DNA of 64,000 nucleotides. Source: Balanoglossus misakiensis. Lineage: Eukaryota; Animalia; Hemichordata. The notes under the pieces were generated by a model. That model saw only the letters and a list, made by a program, of their open reading frames with translations. It was not told the DNA's origin and did not search any database. The stretch is taken from contig CM082590.2 of NCBI GenBank assembly GCA_040954595.2, positions 6,138,001 to 6,202,000 on the forward strand. The letters are read 5' to 3'. Made by a program: the position numbers and the translations under genes. Shown here one piece after another: positions 53,624 through 64,000 of the stretch (position 1 is the stretch's first letter; every line of letters begins with the position of its first letter).

Positions 53624-56600
53624 GTAAGTGAACTCTTAACTGTAGCAACTGACATTTCACATTTCTGGCAGTGACGCGTACGACGGCTGTTTTTATGAGT
53701 GGTTTACATTGTGTTTGTTTTGTGGACTGAGGACTGTTGTTCAAAATTTCTCCCTTCAACCCCATGCACGTAAATTTAACCAGACATTTTGGTCACAAAA
53801 CAAACGACTGTTTCGTTAAGACTTGTGACGCTAGTCGGTGCCTAATAGGTTTATTTTTTTTCAACGGGTCAGCTTGCCCTACACACGGAAAATATAGAAA
53901 CTTCTAGTGTCTGTGTGTATTGCTAGATAGTGCATTCATAAATAAACAATTACCCAGTTGACAAAAAAGTCACACTAATCACAATGTTTTCCATTCACAA
54001 GTCCAAGTCTCCATTGAACGATATTTTTTCAAAAAATTATTTTACCGGTTGAGCAAGTCCTAAGTAATCACTATTTTTACGAGCAAGTTCTAGCTTTAGA
54101 TAAAACACCCATTGAAATCCATGTCTGTGTTAGGCCTACTTTGTAACCATGTCTAGCAATGTGTCTATATATGGGGCAGTCAGATTGACGCCATATCAAA
54201 TGATGATAACCTTTGACCCGAAATGAGTTCATTCAAGGTGACGCAGGCATGGTGTTGGTCATAAGGGGTCGTGGATAATTATTAATTCCCCATGAGCTGA
54301 CTCAATCTTCTCCGTATCCTTTGCTGACAGACGACACGACAGTTTGATGATACATGTGTGCATACCCACGAGTAAGCTTTTTAAATAACCTAATCGAACT
54401 GACCATTCTGAAGGAAGAATTGCATCACGTATATGTTAGCGTCGTATACATGTTGGTCCAAACCCTGGGAAAATAATATGCCGTAGTGTTTGTACTTTCC
54501 GGGTTTCTGCTAGTTTCCGTTGACTTTTCATTGTGATGACGTCATGTTTACTTCGCTTTGGTTTTGATACATTCAGTTTGAAAAAGTGTTGACTGAGTAA
54601 TTTATTCACGATATTTCGCGATAAAATCACTTACAAAATTGTATCTCCTTGTCTGTAATAACATGGACGTTTGCACGAACGCATCGCGCAAATGTCAATA
54701 TTATAAAATGTATAATAATGACTAATTAACTTGGGACTACATTGTACACACCAACGACAACCAAGAAGGAAACATTTAAGTGATTCTTACGGATTTGTTT
54801 CAACGGTCGACATACTTCCTTCATGATTGTCTGGCATGCAGTGGCTACCGATGCTGACCGTTGATGACTCTGTATTCAGCTCAACAGGTCAAAAACCCTT
54901 TCTGTGTTACACATATTGCATCGCGTAAATGTCGATATTATAAAATGTATAATAATGAAGTAATATTTCAATGCGATGTCGCAGTTCTTTGTCAAAATAT
55001 ATTATTTTAGCTATCACTTTGTCAGTCTTTGCGAATTAGGTTTTTCAGAATCAAGGATCTGAAGAACTTTGATATATTTAATGGAATACACAGAAACATT
55101 AACAATTGCATATTTCATTGAATATTATAGGATCTGATTGATGCTGCTGGGGATGGTGATGTTGCAAGGATTCAATCGTTGATAGATGATGGGTACGATG
55201 TCAATGCAAAGGGTAAATACCTTGAAAAGAGTAGAGGCTTCACCTGGGTAAGAATTCACCCTCACACTTTTACAACGTCATGTCGCAGTAGTAACTAATA
55301 TGATATAGAACAAACGAATTGTCCTTGAGTTTCACTGATGGACTAAAAACCTTTCATATGCTAGTTAAATTCAATTCAGAAGATTTCCAGTCTTTTAAGT
55401 TTATATTTCATGTCTGTACTCACTAACACACACAAAAAATATTTCCATGTTGTTTTTCTTAAAGTAATTAAAAATACACATTGTAATCAAGACATAACAT
55501 AAGCTATTTGATATTTTAAAGAGAGGGGTAACCAAGGTGGGAAGTCGTTTTCCCAAAATCAATTATTTCTCCTCGCCTCGATTCGACGAATTTCAACGAT
55601 CCCGTAGACCATTCATGCATAGCTCCTTCAAAAGCATCCAATCTTCCGAATATTTCGAGATCAACTTGAGGAAATGTCAAGCGAAGGTCAACTCTGTTGC
55701 CGACCGAGAGTGTAGCCTGCTTTGGTCACAATCCCTCATGTAAGCAACAACTAGTATTTATCTGGCTTTATTTTGCTGCACCAGTAAAGAAAACTAAATA
55801 TTTTTCCAAAGCTAAATTGTCATGTGACTTTTAAAAATTAATATCTCTTGAAAATAGGGCTAACATACTTAGGTTACTAACACTTGTTGTGCAAGGACAA
55901 CACAAAATATGTTGGAGAAAAAACAATTTGAACGAAGTGAAATTGATGATTACTCCCACTTTAGTACTTTAATTGGTTTTGAAATGTCAATATTTGAGAA
56001 GATTTTGCCGATTCAGTTGCAACTTTGATATTTTCTTTCTCAAAACATATTTTTTTAATTGCGAATAAGATCAAAACCTTAAATTTGGAGAAAAGTCGTC
56101 AATTATGACAGATAGTCATAAAAACAATTAACTTAGGATCCAATACATAAAATATATAATTTGCATAAGTCTAAAACGAGATATTTTCACATATTCAATG
56201 ATTGTACTCTTTCTTAATTTAATTTACTCGTCCAGTGACCCCAAACATTTAGAGTTTAAGATTGTATAAAATGTAGTAAGTGATTCCGGTTCCATTCAAT
56301 GGATACAAACATTGTTGCAGTGATGTCCCATGCCAATATTGGGTTCATAGCGGGCCAGACTTCAACTTACATCAACAGAGAAACACGAGGGATTGTATGT
56401 GTCGGGTGTATCACGTCCGCCATGTTTATCTGTTAGAGTAATTGGTGAGATTGAAAATTTCAAGATGTCCCATGCCAATGTTGGGTTCATAGCGGGCCAG
56501 ACTTCAACTTACATCAACAGAGAAACACGAGGGATTGTATGTGTCGGGTGTATCACGTCCGCCATGTTTATCTGTTAGAGTAATTGGTGTGATTGAAAAT

Positions 56601-59600
56601 TTCAAGATGTCCCATGCCAATATTGGGTTCATAGCGGGCCAGACTTCAACTTACATCAACAGAGAAACACGAGGGATTGTATGTGTCGGGTGTATCACGT
56701 CCGCCATGTTTATCTGTTAGAGTACTTGGTGAGATTGAAAATTTCAAGATGTCCCATGCCAATGTTGGGTTCATAGCGGGCCAGACTTCAACTTACATCA
56801 ACAGAGAAACAGGGGATTGTGTGTGTCGGGTGTATCACGTCCGCCATGTTTATCTGTTAGAGTACTTGGTGTGATTGAAAATTTCAACATATTCATGTAA
56901 TTTACGAAACGATATTAAGACCTGTGGGTCCGATGAGTGTGCATAAACATGTATAGTGCGCTACATTATATCAGAATTTTATAATGTTACACTTGTTAGA
57001 AATATATATAGGACACATTATAAATGTTCTCTGAAACAATAGTGTTTTGGTCTGAAACAACTATAGATGCTACACACATTTAACTCAACACAGTGAACAC
57101 TTACAGTTAAAAATCAATTCCATTGAAATTATAGCCATGTCACCTTACAAGTCCAACATTGGAACAAAGCTTGTGTTCATTTTAATTCAAATGAATTTGT
57201 CAATTTCAGTATGACTCCACAGCATTGCATGTGGCAGCCCGGTACAATAAACTGGAAGCGGCACAAGTGTTGATCGACCATGGAGCTGACGTCAATGCTA
57301 AGGATAGGGTAAGTGGCTTTACATGCTCACTCACCAATAGCCCGAATGGCCAAAAAGGTGACACTGTACTTATATTTTGTAGTGTTGACGACCTTCGGGA
57401 TGTCAATCACGAAACCAGTGTTACTGCAATAAACTGACACACATAATAGGATTATGAAGAGTATGAAAGAGTTTGAGGGAGAGTTTTTGGACCGTGGCTA
57501 TACCTGCGGCCAAGTTAAATTCTTATCTCTTTTCAGACCAACCAATTCACTTTTGAGTATCATACCACTATAAAGCAATATTTTATTAAAACGTCGAGTA
57601 ATTGGAGAGGTTGGGATCAGAGTGTTCATATCGAAATTCATAATTAGATTTTTAGATAAATAATCTACCAATAATTAACTTTCTGACCGGAAAGTTAGGG
57701 ACCTAACCATGAACTATTGCTACATGCACGATAACACATTTATTTTATATTTAAAAAAACTGTAGTGTAATAGCTGTCAGTAACAACGGTGAAGCGAAAT
57801 AAAGCTCCGAAAATAAATAATTGTAAATTGTAGGGGTGCCATGTATCCTGCACAACAGGCCGGGGGGGGGGGGGGGTTCTCCCATAGGAAGGTGTACGGG
57901 TATGTGCCACCCAGAAGGGTCACTTTTCCAACGGAAAAATCCCAACACTCGGGATGACTTTTCAACCGAAAATCTACAAAGTGGGATTCTTTCATAAACC
58001 GTCATCACCTCGCTTTCAGTCGAAGTCGCGGCCAGGCACACGAAGGGCGCCACAAGCGGCGACGCTATCTCCGATGCTCGATTTTTGTGGCTTCACCGCT
58101 GGTGGCGCACTTCGTGTGGCTATGCCATCGAATGACAGAGAGAGAGGTCTGGCTGGCGAGACTAAAAAAAGTTGTCTGGCTGAAGTCCAACATAAACATT
58201 TGAACGTCAATAGTGGTTCCGCATATTTCTTACCTTTCATTCATAATTGGCGTTCTTTGATTGGCTAATTCCAATGCTCTATTAAGGGGTAATGAAACTG
58301 CTGTCTAGGCTTTTATAAAATTTAGATCATTGACAGTTTGAGGTATTGTACAGAGGGCATCTTCAAATGAAAACAACACACGCGCGTATCATAAATCTCA
58401 AGTAAAAGAATATCTGTGATGTTAATGTACCCTCAAAGGACAGAGCCATATCACCACATCATGCATTCATGTCCATTACGTGGGGGACTGGGATGTATCC
58501 TGCTATTAATTGATCCGCCCCCCCCCCCAAAAAAGTGTCGGCAACACATGTTGTGCCATCTCAAAATGAATGTTTCAGAATGTGTGTTACAGTGCATGCT
58601 TAATGAAACATTGCGTGTTCCAGTTGAAGGTTATAGTCAGGGATTTTCAGTGACACCTTTTTGTTGTATTCCCACAGATTGGTCAGGCACCGTTACACCT
58701 TGCAGCATTGAATGGTCATGGTGACGTGGTGAAACTTCTACTGCAATCCAATGCCTGCATCGATGTGAAGGATAATGTAAGTTAATGTAATTCTATTCTA
58801 CACTCATACATCAGTGGACACGTTTTATTACCAATAACACACATTTTTGAACATAGGCTAATAAAAATAAATAGTTAACATCTATCCCTCTGCCACGTTC
58901 CCAACGACCCAGACTTTACAACCTATTTAATGATGACAGCCTGTCTTGTATAATTATGCAGTGTTTACACAAGATTAAAAAAAAGAAATCAATCAGTCAG
59001 AGCAGGAAGTGTTGTTTGTTTTTGTTGAATGTGAGATCAAGATCAGCAGATTTATATTATTGTAAATATAAATGTCTATTGTTTAATTAAAGATTGTTTA
59101 AACATTTAATATTATAATTTATATAAGGCATGTGTATAATCTCATGAAAAAGCAATAGTAGAAAAGAGTATTTTAGCAAATCTCAAAGATTTCCTGGGAA
59201 GGAACAGATGCGTATAAATGTGCGCACTTTACAAGTTTATGTTCTACGTGTGATACAGGCAAGTTGTTTTCTTTTCAAAATCAAAACGGTGGCACCCCTT
59301 CCGGGCACAAAACTAACTACTCGATCGGGCACTTCTGACACCCTACTCCGAGAGAACCCCCCCCCCCCACCCCCCCCCCCCCCCAGACAGAGAAAAATCA
59401 AATCTCGAACAAAACTATCGACAAATCAAGGAAAACGCGGAATTCCAGTGTCTGACCGGAACAGGATATGGCGACACTGAACATAGAGAAAACCAAAATG
59501 CTGGAAAAACTCGAACGCGTGGAGCGAATGATCACAACGCAACCGTGACCAGATCTCCGGATACGGAGAAAACATCCGCTCATTACTCCATGCCCGATTT

Positions 59601-62600
59601 AATAAACATGGCCTCAGACGAGAAGGGCGTCTATCACCTATTTCGCACAGGCAACCTATGGTCACAGTGCCACCAGGCGGTCGTGATTGTGCAACACATT
59701 TGACAAAGGCTGGTACACGTCACAACTAAGTCTTGTAAAAGCGTTCGTACAAAATCTGCAAATATAAATGCGTCAACCCACAAACCTTCACCATTCAGTT
59801 CTGCTTTCTTGCTAAACCTGCTCTTCAATATTAATAAAACTATGTTTACCAGACTTGAACTGCATTTCACCAATTAAGAAGATAACCAAAAAAGCATAAG
59901 AAAAAATTAAGGAGCTTTGAGATGTTATGGCAAGGTTGAGACGGAAAAGGGTATATATATATTTTACAAACCATTCCAGAGAAAGTGTCACATATTCCAA
60001 TCCTAACATAGAGAGAATCCCACTTAATCTTTGCAATGCAATTCAGTTAATGAGGGTTTCACCCAAGACACCTTTCATTGGCCTAGAATTTTTGCCATGA
60101 TTTATGGTTCAGATAAAGTCCGCCCTCACCTCGCACTCAAGCTCGCTGAGCTGGCTCTCATGATTTCTCCCCGTTGATTTGTCTGAAGATACCATGATGG
60201 AACACTTTAGAACAACGGAGAAAACATTCTAGACTTCCTATGCTTTTAAAAATTAATGTACGACTTGTATCGATAGATAAAGGCAAGCTTATGAAATGCC
60301 CTTATAGATACACACAACATTTTGTATCAGGTTGTCATGATCAAGACAGAATCAGGAAAAGGTCAACTCCCCCCTGAAATATCAAAGACTTAATTAATTT
60401 AAACTCAGGCGACCTTTACTTCTTAAAATAATTTCGCTCACTCTCATTTTCGGGATATTGTGTTTCAGACTTATTGGTTTTTCGTTGCCTATAGTCGCGA
60501 AGACGGACACAAATTAGCACCTATGGCATTGTCAATCCAAACATGACCCTACATGTGCAATGCCCGTACAATACCCGTCACTCAGGTTTTAACCAAACTC
60601 TTTGAAATAATCACGGCGATTAAATTGTTACCCTGAAACTTTGCCAAATTCAGTTTGACCGCACTAGTTGTACGTTGATCATAATCCTAAAGATAGAAAA
60701 CAAATAAGACTTGATGAAAACTGCATTACTTCACTTCCAAGTGACTGACGCTATAAAAGTAAAATTGGCTGTTGCAGGGCGCCACTAGCGGTGAAGTCAG
60801 GTAGAATGGACGTCTGAGTATTATATGTAGTCGCTGAAGTAGATCCCCGGCGCGCTTTACACAGTGAAGTGTGAGGCTATCCATTACATTTGTTGTATTC
60901 TCTCGTATATTAACAGTCGTCGGCCATGCGTTTCCGAAGAGAGTTGAAACATAGTTTCGTTTGGTGATTTATTGTCATTTAGTGGAATCGGTGACCACCG
61001 TACACCCATTTTGCCTGAAATTTGCTTAAAATATGGCGGTTTTTAATTGTGGACACAACTGACTGTTCCTGTTTAAGTTTCGCCCGTAGGCAAGAATTTT
61101 GTGTCATTCCTGAATTTTTCGCGTACATCCGCGAAATTCCAACGTTTATCACCCAGTTTTCGGTTGATATTATCGGGTACTTCAGGTGGATGGTTATCTG
61201 CCGTGAGAGTTCATAAGATTATTCTGGCTCCCCAACATGCTGGCTGACTTTGTGAAAATGATTCTTGTTTTGTTTTCATTCAATGGCGGTGAAGTTGTAG
61301 ACAACATAGTTTTAGACATCCAAACCACGTGTACTGTTTTGGCCAGTGGGGAATGATCCTTTTATTACAGCTTTAACAAACATAAACCAGACTGTGACAA
61401 GAAGCAACATGGCATTACGTTGGTCGCTCTCGTGGCCATGTTATTTGCCAGTGCATTCATGCACAGACAATATTTTGCGAGCTTTGGCAAGCGCTAGACT
61501 TGTTTATAACGAACAGTGCTTATAATTCATAAGCACTGTTTGTTTTTGTGCCTTCTATTATAACATTAAAGGGACAAAGTCTCTCTCTCTCTGCCTTTTT
61601 TTTCCATTAATTATATTTGATAAGAGACAATGTTTGTTCTTCTACATGTGGATATATAGTGAATAAACGTTCAACCACACACAACTTCCATCCCTTTTAT
61701 AGACAGGAGAGTGAAAAAACTCGCCAAAATGAATAATCGTTCTTTACCATTTATTCATATTGGGCGAGTTTTTACTCTCATATCCTACAAACGGGGTGGA
61801 AGTTGTGTGTTGTTGAATGTTGATTCACCATATATCCACATGTAGAATAACATAAACGGCGTCTTGTATCAAACATAATTAATGGAAAAAGGCCAGCGAG
61901 AGAGAGACTTTGTCCCTTTAAAGGTAATCTCTTGCATACTGACCAACTTTAAGCTGTCCAGATAAACATTTCAGTAGGTCTGACAGACAAACAAGAAAAA
62001 CCAAACGATAAACACTGTTATATGGCTTCTTATATTTTAGGATGGCGAAACCCCTTTGGATTTAGCAGTAAAATTGTTAAAGGTATGTATCTATCAAGTC
62101 CAGACATGGTGGTAGTGTTATATCCTTGATCAAAACACTTGGTCAAAGACAGAACATCACCGCAAATCCTTGTAATTGCTTGTAAACGCACATTTAGTAA
62201 ATAATGCTTGGCAGGACAGACGTTCTAATGTCGGAGTCAAGCTTCTTCACAGCCCCGGAACTTGAATGGAATCAAAAAAGCTCAAAAACCTACTCTGGAT
62301 AAAATGCTGCTCACACACTACTGCAGGTTTCTATTCAATACACACGCAGGATAAGTCATGTGATTATAACTACGTTTTTTTCTATTTGGAGTTTTATCTT
62401 ACAAATTCACATTTTAAAAATCGCTTAAAATGTGCAGTTGTTCGAGTTTCCGGACAATCGATCGTACTCATAGTTTCACACAAAGCAAATCATGAGATAG
62501 CATTCCAGACTCTTCACCGCTATTAAGACATGATCAATCGAATAAGAGGATCAAGAGCAATGTTTACTTCCTTATGGTTATCAAACACAACATTGTCATA

Positions 62601-63651
62601 TATTGGGCTGTCACCATGATCAAGTGTTGAAATTTGACAGGTGAGCATACCTTTCAACACTGAATGGAACTAAAGTCTAAAACATTCTAATTATCTGGAA
62701 AGTGAAATTGCATATGATCTAAACATTATATGCTCAAATCATAGGTTCCTATTACATGTCAAACACATCAGAGGATCAGTTTTAAACATTTCGGACACCG
62801 AAATCCATGAGATTCGAAGTCTGTTCTGTCAACCGGTCTTTGAAAAAAAAATATACAATACAAAATATTATGATTAACCCTTTGTTTATCCGATAATAAT
62901 TGTCTAACTAGCTAATATCGCTTCAATGGTTAAAGGCTGATGTACGATCAATCACAGACGTACATAATAAAACAGGCCATGCAGATTTTATGATGTTTAA
63001 CTTATACACTGCAGTGTAGGATTTGTGTCAACACGCCTCTAAGGGTTTCTGCCAAACTTTTATGCTAGGTTTCCTAAACACATTTATGGGCAGTATATAA
63101 CAGTTGTAGCCAAAATGGTTGATTAGTCTGAGAACAATCTTTTTGTTGATATTACATCTACTTCTCCCCCTAAGATAAAATTTTAATAGATTAAACATAT
63201 TTATAATTATCAAAAGAAGTGGTCTAGATATTAATATATTTCAAAAAATATGTATTCTTATTTCAACCCACATAGTATGGCTACAATGAGAAAATTTGTG
63301 TCAACACACCTACCGGTATAAGAGATTCTGCAAAACTTTGTTCATTTGAGACACTTATGCTCGGTTTTCTGAACACATTTATTGGCAGTGCATAAGAGTT
63401 GTAACTAAAATGGTTGATTAGTCTGAAGTCTGAGAACACAGATTTTTGTTGATATTACATCTACATCTTCCCTAAGATGCAAATCCTAATAGATTTAACA
63501 TAGTCATAATTATCAAAAGAAGGGATCTAGATATTAATATATTTAAAATATTATGTACTCTTATTTCAACCCATAGGATTACTACACTGAGGAAAATCTG
63601 TGTGCCACATTGGTGGTGCTCTCCTGTTTGCGCGTGTCACTCACAACCAAG
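53594..63651 (+). CDS. Ankyrin-ROCO paralog, copy 2 (5' part; LRR-Roc-COR exon expected just beyond the window). Exons 53594-53623, 55131-55247, 57210-57308, 58678-58776, 62041-62082, 63577-63651
   Basis: Collinear homology with copy 1 exons and adjacent introns; splice sites and reading frame intact. The window ends in sequence matching copy 1's last intron (~30110). Confidence 0.85.
55131..55247 (+). CDS. Copy 2 exon 2, ankyrin N-cap, 6 aa longer than in copy 1 ([39 protein letters not shown])
   Basis: TATAG|, 117 nt, TGG|GTAAGA. Confidence 0.85.
56322..56887. repeat. 142-bp tandem repeat x4 in copy 2 intron 2
   Basis: Repeated small ORFs at 56393, 56535 and 56677; one copy at ~12630-12765 in copy 1. 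Confidence 0.95.
57210..57308 (+). CDS. Copy 2 exon 3, ankyrin ([33 protein letters not shown])
   Basis: TTTCAG|, 99 nt, |GTAAGT. Confidence 0.92.
58678..58776 (+). CDS. Copy 2 exon 4, ankyrin ([33 protein letters not shown])
   Basis: CCACAG|, 99 nt, |GTAAGT. Confidence 0.92.
61570..61917. mobile_element. Kolobok-like palindromic MITE
   Basis: TTAA|AGGGACAAAGTCTCTCTC ... GAGAGAGACTTTGTCCCT|TTAA (TTAA TSD with RR...YY ends). Confidence 0.8.
62041..62082 (+). CDS. Copy 2 C-cap exon ([14 protein letters not shown])
   Basis: TTTTAG|, 42 nt, |GTATGT; homolog of 27504-27545. Confidence 0.85.
63020..63600 (+). repeat. ~300-bp tandem duplication of the intron end and acceptor before the copy 2 linker exon
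   Basis: TTTGTGTCAACAC...TCTAGATATTAATATATT...TCTTATTTCAACCCA(CA)TAG occurs twice; it is single in copy 1. Confidence 0.85.
63577..63651 (+). CDS. Copy 2 linker exon ([25 protein letters not shown])
   Basis: CCATAG|, 75 nt, |GTGAAT; homolog of 29881-29955. Confidence 0.75.
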
Positions 63652-64000
63652 GTGAATTCCTTTTTTTATATTAGTACTATTGATAGATTATCTATACTTA
63701 ATGATAATTTAATCATAATACCCTTCACATAAAGATATACATGAACTTGCCGCAGTAGTAGTACAACATTCAGACCTACCAAAATAATCTTGTATGAGTA
63801 TAGTATATGCACTGCTTACATACAAGAGTATTAGTCCAGCTTATCTATTTACCAATAGTGACAGAGAAATGTTACCAAGGAATTCTAATTGTTAATGTCT
63901 GTTATTTATCTGAACGAGTCATACATGAAAAAGTATGAATCTGTCGCAGTACTTGTGAGGCATATCAGTACATACCAATATCATCATGTATGAGTATAGC

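Noticed and set aside
56393-56874. Three similar 61-65-aa ORFs as a small peptide family
   Set aside because: They are by-products of the 142-bp intronic tandem repeat and have non-ATG starts.
53330-64000. Copy 2 as an uncollapsed allelic haplotype of copy 1
   Set aside because: Different upstream DNA, exon number and TE content, plus many coding changes, favour a true paralog, although read-level confirmation is still needed.

Overview
AT-rich, intron-rich animal DNA (probably a marine invertebrate; inferred only from composition and repeat types). It holds two tandem + strand paralogs, about 48 kb apart, of a kinase-less ROCO GTPase gene. Copy 1 (5345-33487; 12 coding exons, ~1381 aa as I spliced it by eye) has eight 99-nt one-ankyrin-repeat exons, a short capping exon and a linker exon, all phase 0, joined to one 3.2-kb exon encoding LRR-Roc-COR plus a Cys/His-containing tail. 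Copy 2 (from 53594, running off the window end) has only three ankyrin exons. The copies are nearly identical in intron sequence next to the exons, but differ by mostly amino-acid-changing substitutions at the ligand-binding positions of the ankyrin repeats. Copy 1 also has a recently amplified four-exon ankyrin array with GC splice donors. Together this suggests a diversifying, exon-modular ankyrin-ROCO receptor family (inference). Introns and the intergenic spacer contain many non-autonomous DNA transposons, including one with a RecQ helicase remnant, plus tandem and higher-order repeats.
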